Source: Chamaesiphon sp.
GTDB taxonomy: Bacteria; Cyanobacteriota; Cyanobacteriia; Cyanobacteriales; Chamaesiphonaceae
Direction of reading: 5' to 3'
Assembly (NCBI GenBank): GCA_965246715.1
Contig: CBDFFH010000034.1
Coordinates: 32,001 to 96,000 of the forward strand
DNA: 64,000 bases
In this document: positions 52,327 through 62,124 of the stretch, in pieces
How positions within the stretch are numbered: the first letter of the stretch is position 1
Layout: each line of letters begins with the position of its first letter
Translations under genes and position numbers: made by a program
Notes under the pieces: model-generated
Database searches by the model: none
What the model was told of the DNA's origin: nothing
The model's input: only the letters and a program-made list of their open reading frames with translations

Positions 52327-52471
52327 AATTTTGCAAGGATCTCCGGCTGTGTCGGATCGATCGCCAGTCGAAATTCCTGTATCCGTTGCCAGCAATAAGT
52401 TTTAGCCTTTTTTATGACTTCGGAGATCCTTAGAAATAGGAATAGTGTAAGGAGAAGAGTGAGTCTCAAGA

Positions 52472-52507
52472 GTGCAATTATCATTGATGCCGTTAGGCGT
52501 TGAGCAC
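52472..52507 (+). CRISPR. Solitary CRISPR repeat variant behind a leader-like segment
   Basis: GTGCAATTATCATTGATGCCGTTAGGCGTTGAGCAC; 3' 23 nt differ from the array repeat at one loop base; TGCAAGGATCTC..CTGTGTCG at 52332 is shared with the array leader at 55219. Confidence 0.8.
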
Positions 52508-52557
52508 TGAGCGCGAATGTTAAAATACAATTGTCTCAACCACCGAGGTAAATAGCA

Positions 52558-53106
52558 ATGAGCGTTGTAACAGCCAAGTGGAGTTTACAAGATTATCACC
52601 AGATGATCGACACTGGAATATTGGACGATCGAAAAGTAGAATTACTCAGAGGAGAAATAATCGAAATGTCACCTGAAGGGGTCGCTCATTCCTCCTATTG
52701 TCGAGAGACAGGTAAGTATTTGCGCCGACTATTAGGAGATCGAGCCGATATTAGCGAAGCTCATCCGATCGTATTGCCAAATAATTCTGAACCAGAACCA
52801 GATCTGGCGATCGTCAGAATATCACCGACATTATATCGAGATCGACATCCCCAAGTTTCAGATATATTCTGGTTAATTGAAATTTCTAACTCTACGCTAG
52901 TTAAAGATTTGGGCATGAAAAAAGATATCTATGCCGATGCAGGAATTTTAGAATATTGGGTGATGGATTTACAAGCATCAGTGTTAATTGTCTTTCGAGA
53001 TCTGACCACAGATGGCTATCAGTCAGAAATGAGACTGAATAGTGGCACAATTTCCCCATTGGCTTTTCCCGATTTATCGATCGATGTCCAACAGTTATTT
53101 ACCTAA
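52558..53106 (+). CDS. Uma2-family (PD-(D/E)XK-like) putative endonuclease
   Basis: VELLRGEIIEMSP, SEPEPDLAI, LIEISNSTL..D...K..IYA.AGI.EYWV. Confidence 0.9.
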   Translation: MSVVTAKWSLQDYHQMIDTGILDDRKVELLRGEIIEMSPEGVAHSSYCRETGKYLRRLLGDRADISEAHPIVLPNNSEPEPDLAIVRISPTLYRDRHPQVSDIFWLIEISNSTLVKDLGMKKDIYADAGILEYWVMDLQASVLIVFRDLTTDGYQSEMRLNSGTISPLAFPDLSIDVQQLFT

Positions 53107-53140
53107 AATGATTTGGATTGACAAAATCGCTGACATCTTC

Positions 53141-53185
53141 AAAATCCCCGACTTCTTGAAGAAGTCGGGGATTTTTTCTTTTTTC
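53141..53185 (+). terminator. Intrinsic terminator after Uma2
   Basis: AAAATCCCCGACTTC-TTGAA-GAAGTCGGGGATTTT plus T tract. Confidence 0.8.
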
Positions 53186-53186
53186 T

Positions 53187-53209
53187 AGGGCGGAAGCTAT
53201 TTTTCCGGG
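53187..53209 (+). promoter_or_regulatory. Putative WYL-regulator operator, copy 2, upstream of cas4/1
   Basis: 23/23 identical to 44611-44633; each copy lies 9 nt before a TAnnnT hexamer. Confidence 0.65.
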
Positions 53210-53256
53210 GTGGGTGAGTAAGGTAGAAGTATAAGTCTTTACTCACCACTTTTAGT

Positions 53257-54909
53257 ATGTACGCTCTCGCGCCTGACTCCAGTACGATTCGTGTTTCTGC
53301 ACTTCATGCGCTCGCATATTGTCCACGATTATTCTATCTCGAAGAAGTCGAAGAACTCTATACTCAAGATGCTGCCGTATTTGCAGGTAGAAGGCTCCAT
53401 GCGGAACTAGAAAAACAAGAAGATGAGGATTGGGAAGAATTATTTCTCGAAAGTACCGAACTTGGCATTAGAGGGAGAGTTGACGCGCTCCGTACTCGTG
53501 ATGGACTGACTATTCCCTACGAACATAAGCGGGGTAAATGTCATCGAGATAAAGACAAGCAGCCACTAGCATGGGAGAGCGATCGCATCCAAATTCTCGC
53601 TTATGCTTGCTTGTTAGAATCAGCACTTGGGATTGCGATCGAGGAAGGTAGAATTCGCTATCATGCCGATAATGTTTTAATCCATATTCCCGTTGATGAT
53701 GCGGGGCGAAAATTAGTCAAAGAGGCGATCGAAAGAGCCTTTCACCTGCGGACTTCGCCCAGTCGTCCGCCGATTACTGATAACGAGCGGTTGTGCGCGA
53801 GGTGTTCGCTTGCACCTGTCTGTTTGCCTGAAGAAGCGCGGTTAAATCACGATCGCGATTGGCAGCCTGTGCGGTTATTTCCTGAAGATGATACTCGCAC
53901 GATCTTACATATTCTCGAACCTGGTACTAGTGTTGGCAAAAAGGGCGAACAGATTAAAATCTCTCGGAAAAACCAACCGATCGAAACTATTGCCGCAACA
54001 CATGTCGGGCAGGTAGTTCTACATAGTTATTCACAGATTTCGACCCAGGCTTTATATTTTTGTGCAGCGCAAGATATTGGGGTGCATTTGGTTTCTGGCG
54101 GTGGACGTTATCTCGGTAGTTTCGATCCTCGTGGGGGCAGTATTCAGCGACGAATTGGGCAATATCGATCGCTTACTAATCCCGAATTTTGTCTGAGTCT
54201 AGCCCAGAAGTTAGTAACTTGTCGCGGACAGGGACAGCGGAAGTTGTTGATGCGCTATCAACGAGGTTTGAAGAGTGTACCGGATGAGTTGACGCAGGCA
54301 ATCAATCAGATGAAGAAGGTGCTCAAAGAGATTCCGACGGTTAAATCTTTGGAGTCACTTTTGGGTTATGAGGGGAATTTAGCTGCTTTGTATTTTGGTT
54401 GTCTAACTTATATTATTAACGATCGAGTCTCGCCGAGTTTACATTTCGATCGGCGCAATCGTCGTCCCCCCAAGGATCGCTTTAATGCGCTGTTGAGTTT
54501 TGGTTATGCGCTTCTGCTCAAGGATGTGATGAATAGCATCCTGATGGTGGGATTAGAACCCGCTTTGGGCTTTTATCATCAGCCGCGTACTCAGGCTCCA
54601 CCGTTGGCGTTAGATTTGATGGAAATTTTTCGGGTGCCGTTGGTAGATGCGATCGTGTTGAGTTCGATTAATCGCTTGCAGTGGGATGTGAGTGCTGATT
54701 TCACGATCTTGGGGCAGCAGGTGTGGTTGAGCGATGTGGGGAAAAAGAAGTTTGTCAAGCTGTATGAGAGTCGCAAGACGGAGACTTACAAACATCCGGT
54801 GCTGGATTATTCTCTCAGTTATCGGCGATTGTTGGAGTTGGAGGTGCGATTGCTGGAAAAAGAGTGGAATGGCGAAGGTGAGGCGTTTGCAAAGTTAATC
54901 ATTCGGTAA
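53257..54909 (+). CDS. cas1: Cas4/Cas1 fusion (MYXAN-type Cas1)
   Basis: Cas4: YCPR, GRVD, EHKRG, C..CSL...C; Cas1: GYEG, RRPPKDRFNALLSFGY, GFYH, LALDLMEIFR. Confidence 0.95.
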   Translation: MYALAPDSSTIRVSALHALAYCPRLFYLEEVEELYTQDAAVFAGRRLHAELEKQEDEDWEELFLESTELGIRGRVDALRTRDGLTIPYEHKRGKCHRDKDKQPLAWESDRIQILAYACLLESALGIAIEEGRIRYHADNVLIHIPVDDAGRKLVKEAIERAFHLRTSPSRPPITDNERLCARCSLAPVCLPEEARLNHDRDWQPVRLFPEDDTRTILHILEPGTSVGKKGEQIKISRKNQPIETIAATHVGQVVLHSYSQISTQALYFCAAQDIGVHLVSGGGRYLGSFDPRGGSIQRRIGQYRSLTNPEFCLSLAQKLVTCRGQGQRKLLMRYQRGLKSVPDELTQAINQMKKVLKEIPTVKSLESLLGYEGNLAALYFGCLTYIINDRVSPSLHFDRRNRRPPKDRFNALLSFGYALLLKDVMNSILMVGLEPALGFYHQPRTQAPPLALDLMEIFRVPLVDAIVLSSINRLQWDVSADFTILGQQVWLSDVGKKKFVKLYESRKTETYKHPVLDYSLSYRRLLELEVRLLEKEWNGEGEAFAKLIIR

Positions 54910-54916
54910 GATAATC

Positions 54917-55210
54917 ATGGCAGAAATTAGGCATTGGTATTTGGTTTGTTATGATATTCGCTGTCCGAAGCGGTGGCGGAAGGCGTATAAGTTATTGGGT
55001 GGTTATGGGGAGCGGGTGCAATATTCGATTTTTCGATGTCGATTATCACAACGCGATCGGGAAAAATTAAGATGGGAGTTAGAACAGATTCTCACGGCTG
55101 ATGATAGTCTGCTGTTGGCGGGTTTGTGTCATCGCTGTGAGGAGCGGGTGCAAAAGTGCAATCGCTCTGGGGTGTGGGCGGAGAATCCACCGAGTTTTCA
55201 GGTAATCTAG
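54917..55210 (+). CDS. cas2: Cas2
   Basis: YLVCYDI, GERVQYSIF. Confidence 0.96.
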   Translation: MAEIRHWYLVCYDIRCPKRWRKAYKLLGGYGERVQYSIFRCRLSQRDREKLRWELEQILTADDSLLLAGLCHRCEERVQKCNRSGVWAENPPSFQVI

Positions 55211-55480
55211 CCTGAAAGTGCAAGGATCTCTGTCTGTGTCGATCGAGTTTATGTTTAATTTTGCTCGATCGATGATGGTGTCTGGGTTTGCGGGTCGATC
55301 GTCTGTCGGGAGGTGCTTGCACGATTGCTAAGTCTAGTGATGGGTACAGTTTTTACCGATCGATCTCGATTTACAAAAGTGTCGTTTCAGCCTGTCTGGG
55401 CATACTCGATCGATCTTTGTGGTAGGATGCTTGCACAACCACTCAGGAGCCTCTTCCCCATAAGGGTTCTAGCTTCCGCC
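55211..55480 (+). promoter_or_regulatory. CRISPR leader
   Basis: Non-coding region between cas2 and the first repeat; the degenerate repeat is at the far end of the array. Confidence 0.75.
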
Positions 55481-57931
55481 GTGACTATACCTGTGATGCC
55501 GTAAGGCGTTGAGCACTTTATCTGCTTGAAGTTATTTTTTGGGTAATGCGATGTGACTATACCTGTGATGCCGTAAGGCGTTGAGCACTTTCCAGCCGCA
55601 GAGGCTAGCGTCCCCTCAGCACTCGTGACTATACCTGTGATGCCGTAAGGCGTTGAGCACTGAACGCGATCTCCTAAGAGAGCGGGTGAATTCTGGTGAC
55701 TATACCTGTGATGCCGTAAGGCGTTGAGCACTAAGTCTTGCCATTCTTGACCTTGGTCGTACCTTCGTGACTATACCTGTGATGCCGTAAGGCGTTGAGC
55801 ACAGTGACATTTATTTTTTCTTGGTTGGTGTATGCAGGTGACTATACCTGTGATGCCGTAAGGCGTTGAGCACTGATTGGATCTGCGAGTGTCCGCAAGA
55901 GTGTCGAGTGACTATACCTGTGATGCCGTAAGGCGTTGAGCACCTCGGCAAAATGCGCCATTTCGTGAAAAACATCAGGTGACTATACCTGTGATGCCGT
56001 AAGGCGTTGAGCACGTTGAGATAGGATCTCAATTCCAGTTCGACAATTCGTGACTATACCTGTGATGCCGTAAGGCGTTGAGCACTCGATGTTAATCGTG
56101 CCAAATGCCACTTTTAACGCGTGACTATACCTGTGATGCCGTAAGGCGTTGAGCACTAGACCGCTGGTTAGCATGATGCGCAATATGAGCGTGACTATAC
56201 CTGTGATGCCGTAAGGCGTTGAGCACATGAGTAATTGTTGAGTTAGTTTAATCTGTCTAAGTGTGACTATACCTGTGATGCCGTAAGGCGTTGAGCACCT
56301 AGATCGATATCGCCAATTACCCCCTTCTTACTGATGTGACTATACCTGTGATGCCGTAAGGCGTTGAGCACACACGACGGCTAGTTTTATTTATGGGGAC
56401 GTGACGTGACTATACCTGTGATGCCGTAAGGCGTTGAGCACTATTCTTTGGATTCGGGATCGTCGCTTCCATCCTGTGACTATACCTGTGATGCCGTAAG
56501 GCGTTGAGCACAAGAACGCGATCGTGATTCTCTCCCCTACTATGGTGGTGACTATACCTGTGATGCCGTAAGGCGTTGAGCACCTTATTTTAATGCGACC
56601 CGTGGGTTTAAAATCACGTGACTATACCTGTGATGCCGTAAGGCGTTGAGCACCAAGTGCCGAGGGCACGCTATCATCTGCGGCTGGAGTGACTATACCT
56701 GTGATGCCGTAAGGCGTTGAGCACAGATCCACGTAATTTGCTTGATGAAGCGACACGGCAGTGACTATACCTGTGATGCCGTAAGGCGTTGAGCACGTAG
56801 GTAGCTAAACCAGCCATCATCATCCCAATAGTGACTATACCTGTGATGCCGTAAGGCGTTGAGCACGACTAATAAATAATGGCTAGCGATCGGCTCCAGC
56901 TGTGACTATACCTGTGATGCCGTAAGGCGTTGAGCACCCCAGAAAGATCGCCATGGAGAAATTCCATCGAGGTGACTATACCTGTGATGCCGTAAGGCGT
57001 TGAGCACCGGATGAGTGGAGAAAAGGAGCGTCACCGTGGATGTGACTATACCTGTGATGCCGTAAGGCGTTGAGCACCGGATGAGTGGAGAAAAGGAGCG
57101 TCACCGTGGATGTGACTATACCTGTGATGCCGTAAGGCGTTGAGCACCGGCGCGTGTTTATTAACCTCGCGGATAATTACTGGTGACTATACCTGTGATG
57201 CCGTAAGGCGTTGAGCACAGACTGTCGATGCGCAAGGCTACACCACTTGTCGGTGACTATACCTGTGATGCCGTAAGGCGTTGAGCACACTGAACTCTGC
57301 GATCGATACGGACTAGCGAGCTGGTGACTATACCTGTGATGCCGTAAGGCGTTGAGCACGATAGAGATTTGGAAAAAAGCTTTAAGGATAGATTACGAGT
57401 GACTATACCTGTGATGCCGTAAGGCGTTGAGCACACCAGTAGGCAGATTTGGGAAACCTTCGATCGGTGTGACTATACCTGTGATGCCGTAAGGCGTTGA
57501 GCACAAGGCTTAGGTGACATCGCCTGAAATATCGTTCAAGGTGACTATACCTGTGATGCCGTAAGGCGTTGAGCACGTATTAGCGGTATCGATCGCTTGT
57601 TGTAAAGCAAGATGTGACTATACCTGTGATGCCGTAAGGCGTTGAGCACATTTATTCGATGGGTGAATAAATCTAGTATGCAGGTGACTATACCTGTGAT
57701 GCCGTAAGGCGTTGAGCACACAAGTTAGGTATCGACCCTAAAGGTCTACTCAACGTGACTATACCTGTGATGCCGTAGGGCGTTGAGCACTTAACAGTGG
57801 CGATATTGTCTGCAAAGCAGGGTTGTGACTATACCTGTGATGCCGTAAGGCGTTGAGCACTTCTCAAGTAATAACTGTCGTCTTTGAGCTGCTTTGTGAC
57901 TATACCTGTGATACCGTAAAGCGTTGAGCGC
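55481..57931 (+). CRISPR. CRISPR array: 35 repeats (36 bp, GTGACTATACCTGTGATGCCGTAAGGCGTTGAGCAC), 34 spacers of 34-39 nt
   Basis: Counted by hand; repeat 33 has one change, repeat 35 is degenerate; spacers 22 and 23 are identical. Confidence 0.98.
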
Positions 57932-58177
57932 ACACTAGATCGCTCTTTTGTTTCGATCGAGTCTGTCAGTCATAAATTTTGGGCGAAAACCGCTTGAATA
58001 CTTCGCTTGTAACTTCGCCTTGGTTAATCGTCAAGACTTTTTGATAACTGCTTTGAGTAAGTCTCGATCGATCTCTGCAATTCGATCGGCAGTCGATCCC
58101 CACTATTGCTAGATTAGAGAGCGAGATCGGTTATGATAGGAAGCAATGTAATGTAGACTCACGGAGATAGTTGAACG

Positions 58178-58297
58178 ATGGCAACGTTGAAGATCGTAGT
58201 TAATGTTGTAGTAGCAGTATTCCTGCTCGTATTTATCTTTGGCTTTTTATCCAATGACCCTTCTCGGAACCCCAACCGCCGCGATCTGTCTGAATAA
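58178..58297 (+). CDS. psbI: Photosystem II reaction centre protein I (not in the ORF track)
   Basis: [39 protein letters not shown] with the [11 protein letters not shown] signature; GGAG RBS upstream. Confidence 0.93.
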   Translation: MATLKIVVNVVVAVFLLVFIFGFLSNDPSRNPNRRDLSE

Positions 58298-58325
58298 TTA
58301 GGATTATTCGGACTAATAGCAAAAG

Positions 58326-60392
58326 ATGGGGACTAACAGCGTGGGGAAAAAGTCAAATCAGTGTGCGGGTCAGCGCGTCTCCCAAGCCGCTAGGTATTTA
58401 TGCCTCTGTACCTGCTGCTCGATCGGCATTTCTCTACGTCCCGCGATCGCCACACCGCTACCTGCATCTACTGATTTCGGGCTAAATCAGCTCACTTCGA
58501 TACCGCTAACTTATCAGGTCGTCCAAGCTGGAACACCAGGTGCGCCACCGAGCACCAATCTCTATACCAATGGTGGTACGGTCGAGCTAAATGCCGACCA
58601 ACAAGAATTTAACAATAATACTCAGACCATTTATGCCACTGGCAAAGTTGTCCTGCGATTTAATAAAGCAGTGCTCAATGCCGACAGGTTGCGAGTGGAT
58701 CTCAGAACCAAGATTGCTACCGCTGAAGGCAGCGTCTCACTGATTCGCGGACAGCAAATCCTGTATGGGAATCGGTTTGACTACAACTTTGAAGATGATA
58801 AAGGTAGTATCGCCGAAGCTCGCGGTGATATTTTTCAGCCGACATTGGTACGAGATCTCAATATCTTAGAACAACGTACCCCAGCTCTCGCCGGCGAGCG
58901 GCAATTTCCCGAGCCAGTGCTCAGCGAACGCTTACGTAACGACCAGCCGATTACTAGCATTCAAAACACCAGCACCAGTGGTGTTGCCGTTGGTTCAGAC
59001 CAAGATATTCCCTATCAACCGACGCTCAAACCCAAGGGGACGATTAGCCGCTTGCGCTTTCAGGCGGATAAAGTGGATTTTGTCGGCGACCAGATCGACG
59101 CTGAAAAGATTCGCGTCACCAACGATCCATTTTCACCGCCAGAACTCCAAATCAAAGCAGATCGGGCACAATTTCGATCGATTAATAGTGATGAAGATGA
59201 GGTTGTCTTCAGTAATCCCCAGGTTAGAGTCGAGAATAGCTTTGACTTGCCGATCCCGCGCAATCGCTTGGTATTTAATAAATTAGGTAAAGATGCCAAT
59301 TCATTAAACTTTGGATTTGGTTTTGATAGTGAAGATCGGGGGGGGGTCTTTTTCGAGCAAAATTATTACCCGATTTTCGATTCAAAATTTCGGATGACGA
59401 TTACGCCACAGTATTTTATCCAACGTGCTGTTACGGGGTTGAAGCCGATCGATAGTTCGGTATTTGGTGTCAAAACTAGTATCGAAGCAAATGTCAGTCC
59501 CAATACAACAGTCCTAGCTTCGGCAGCTTTAAGTGGATTTGATACCAGTCAATTGAGCAATAACTTTCGGGGCAAGATAAGTGTCAACCAAAATGTTAAT
59601 GTATTTAGTTACCAGCATTTATTAGTTGCCGAAGCTAACTATCGCGATCGAATTTTCAATAATTCGTTAGGACTGCAAGATGTGCAGTCAACGATCGGTG
59701 CGGTATTATATTCACCCACTATCCCGATCGGGAATACTGGAGTCAATTTTGATTATCTACTCGGCGCACAAGTTATCGAGGCGAATACCGATCGGCAAAA
59801 TCTACTCCGACCGAATCGTCCCAACAATCTCGTAACGTTAAACCGCTATCAATCAGCCGCAAATCTGACTAAAAGTTTTCGATTGTGGGAGGGCAAAGGT
59901 TTATCACCAAATGACAAAGCGACTTACAATTATAGTCCCGTTCCAGTTATCCCATATCTCCAATTAAATACCGGAATTCGGAGTGCGATTAATAGCTATA
60001 GTAATGGCGACAACCAATCATTAATCGGCTATAGTATCGGAATTCAAGGCCAAATCGGTAATTTCTCTCGACCGAGTTTTGATTATACCGGATTTAATTT
60101 AAACTATTTTCAACAATTTCCGGGTACCAACTCGCCATTTTTATTCGATCGCATTGTCGATAATCGTGTGCTATCAGCAGGTCTCAATCAACAAATTTTT
60201 GGGCCATTACGCTTAGGAATTCAATCATCGCTCAATCTCGATACTGGCAAACAAATTAGTACCGATTATTATGTAGAATACAGCCGCCGCTCTTACAATG
60301 TGATTCTCCGTTACAATCCAGATTTAGGCTTAGCCTCGATCGGTTTCCGGTTGAATGATTTCAATTGGGATGGCATTACTCCAAGGTTTTAG
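58326..60392 (+). CDS. LptD/OstA-like DUF3769 outer-membrane protein
   Basis: N-terminal OstA-like beta repeats, TNDPFSPPEL, C-terminal YSRR.Y...LRYNP.....GFRLNDFNW; follows psbI. Confidence 0.8.
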   Translation: MGTNSVGKKSNQCAGQRVSQAARYLCLCTCCSIGISLRPAIATPLPASTDFGLNQLTSIPLTYQVVQAGTPGAPPSTNLYTNGGTVELNADQQEFNNNTQTIYATGKVVLRFNKAVLNADRLRVDLRTKIATAEGSVSLIRGQQILYGNRFDYNFEDDKGSIAEARGDIFQPTLVRDLNILEQRTPALAGERQFPEPVLSERLRNDQPITSIQNTSTSGVAVGSDQDIPYQPTLKPKGTISRLRFQADKVDFVGDQIDAEKIRVTNDPFSPPELQIKADRAQFRSINSDEDEVVFSNPQVRVENSFDLPIPRNRLVFNKLGKDANSLNFGFGFDSEDRGGVFFEQNYYPIFDSKFRMTITPQYFIQRAVTGLKPIDSSVFGVKTSIEANVSPNTTVLASAALSGFDTSQLSNNFRGKISVNQNVNVFSYQHLLVAEANYRDRIFNNSLGLQDVQSTIGAVLYSPTIPIGNTGVNFDYLLGAQVIEANTDRQNLLRPNRPNNLVTLNRYQSAANLTKSFRLWEGKGLSPNDKATYNYSPVPVIPYLQLNTGIRSAINSYSNGDNQSLIGYSIGIQGQIGNFSRPSFDYTGFNLNYFQQFPGTNSPFLFDRIVDNRVLSAGLNQQIFGPLRLGIQSSLNLDTGKQISTDYYVEYSRRSYNVILRYNPDLGLASIGFRLNDFNWDGITPRF

Positions 60393-60397
60393 CTCAC

Positions 60398-61735
60398 ATG
60401 AATCCCCGCCAACTAGCATTATTTGCACTTAACGATCTTGAGACTGGTAGCTTTACAGACGTGGTAGTCGATCGATTGCTAGGAAAATTTCAATTAACTG
60501 GGATCGATCGCAATTTCTTTACTGAATTAGTGCATGGGATCGTGCGGCGCAAGCGCACGTTAGATGCCATTATCGATCGCTTAGCCAAACAACCTGCCGA
60601 GCGACAGCCACCCAATCTCAAGCAATTACTGCGTCTGGGATTATATCAGCTCAGATATCTCGATCGCGTTCCCGATTCGGCGGCGGTCAATACGACTGTC
60701 GATTTAGCGAAAGCTAATGGTTTAGCTGGTTTAGCAGGCGTTGTAAATGGCATTTTACGTCAATATATCCGGCTCCAAGCCGAACGCCAAGAAGTATTAG
60801 ATTTACCTCTAGATCCGATCGGGAGATTGGGTACTTTATACAGCTTTCCCGACTGGCTGATCGAACATTGGCTGACAGAATTGGGCGAAATCGAAACCGA
60901 GCAATTGTGTCAGGCATTTAATACCGCCCCCAAAATCGATCTGCGGGTGAATGTGCTGAAGATCGATCGAGCCAACCTAATCGATATTTTTCAAACTGCT
61001 GGGATTGAAGTCGTGCCGATTCCCAATCTACCGCAAGGATTACAATTTACCAGCAGCGTCGGAGCGATCGATCGATTGCCGGGATACCATGAAGGCTGGT
61101 GGACGATCCAAGATAGTAGCGCCCAACTCGTCACTCATTTATTAAATCCGCAGCCAGGAGAAATTGTTATCGATGCCTGTGCCGCACCAGGGGGAAAAAC
61201 GACCCACATTGCAGAGTTGATGGGCGATACCGGGCAAATTTTTGCAGTAGATAAAACTGCGTCGCGGTTGAAAAAATTGCAACAAAATCTTAGCAGATTG
61301 CAGTTAAGTAACATAAAAATTTTAACTGGGGATAGCTGTGGTTTGGGTGAATTGACTGGCACAGCCGATCGCGTTTTATTAGATGCACCTTGTTCTGGAT
61401 TGGGTACGCTCCATCGACGTGCCGATGCTAGATGGCAAAAGACACCCGCACAAATTCATGAATTAGCCAAGTTACAATCGCAGTTATTGGCAAATACGGC
61501 TACTTGGGTCAAACCTGGCGGTGTGCTAGTATATGCCACTTGTACGGTACATCCGATCGAAAACGAGCGCGTCATTACTCCATTTTTAGCAACCCATCCT
61601 GACTGGCAGATCGAGCTACTACCCAGTGATTCGCCTTGGGCCGATTTTGTCGGTGCTAATGGCGCGATCGAAATTTGGCCCCACCGCCAGCAGATGGATG
61701 GCTTTTTCACGATCGCGCTCCGCCGCCTTGGGTGA
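60398..61735 (+). CDS. rsmB: 16S rRNA m5C967 methyltransferase RsmB/Sun
   Basis: NusB-like N-terminus, DACAAPGGKT, DAPCSGLG, YATCT, DGFF; start MNPRQ. Confidence 0.93.
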   Translation: MNPRQLALFALNDLETGSFTDVVVDRLLGKFQLTGIDRNFFTELVHGIVRRKRTLDAIIDRLAKQPAERQPPNLKQLLRLGLYQLRYLDRVPDSAAVNTTVDLAKANGLAGLAGVVNGILRQYIRLQAERQEVLDLPLDPIGRLGTLYSFPDWLIEHWLTELGEIETEQLCQAFNTAPKIDLRVNVLKIDRANLIDIFQTAGIEVVPIPNLPQGLQFTSSVGAIDRLPGYHEGWWTIQDSSAQLVTHLLNPQPGEIVIDACAAPGGKTTHIAELMGDTGQIFAVDKTASRLKKLQQNLSRLQLSNIKILTGDSCGLGELTGTADRVLLDAPCSGLGTLHRRADARWQKTPAQIHELAKLQSQLLANTATWVKPGGVLVYATCTVHPIENERVITPFLATHPDWQIELLPSDSPWADFVGANGAIEIWPHRQQMDGFFTIALRRLG

Positions 61736-61837
61736 TAAAATGTCCGAGCGGATCGAGCTGAGTGAGTTGTGTGTCGGTCACGAGCAAATTTCAGCCAATT
61801 GATAACTATTATTATTAAGGATGTACTCGATCGAGAG

Positions 61838-61911
61838 AAAAAATCGGATGGCTGAAGATTAATTCAGCTATCCGATCTGCCGATCCTTAATTTGTTAGAG
61901 AGGAGAACACT
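61838..61911 (-). ncRNA. isaR1: IsaR1-like iron-stress small RNA
   Basis: Minus strand AGTGTTCTCCTCTCT...AAGGATCGGCAG (IsaR1 conserved blocks as I recall them), then a terminator hairpin and U6. Confidence 0.7.
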
Positions 61912-62033
61912 AAATCGATGACTAGAAGCTAGAACTATCTTTACACCGCCGGCACCGCACGAGCGTACGTCTGAAGCTACTCGGTCGATCGCGGATTGAC
62001 TGCTTGATGTCAGCGAACTTAAGCGATGTAAAT

Positions 62034-62064
62034 ACTATACCTGTATTGAGAATTACTGTCAATA
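62034..62064 (-). promoter_or_regulatory. Sigma70 promoter overlapped by a Fur-box-like palindrome
   Basis: Minus strand TTGACA-17 bp-TATAGT; TATTGAGAATTACTGTCAATA (62044-62064) covers the -35. Confidence 0.7.
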
Positions 62065-62124
62065 CAATTTGAGAGATTATGGCCATAATTTCTCAAATTG
62101 TAGCAATTTAGCCGATCGGATCGA

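Noticed and set aside
52508..52545. Sequence after the solitary repeat as a guide against the WYL promoter (TGAGGGCGGAAG at 44609)
   Set aside because: Only 9/12 with seed mismatches and no ATG PAM
55313..57359. ORFs across the CRISPR leader and array
   Set aside because: Translations of repeats (MLNALRHHRYSH, CSTPYGITGIVT)
44677..57931. CRISPR-associated transposon (I-B CAST)
   Set aside because: No tnsA/B/C or tniQ, and cas3 and the adaptation genes are intact
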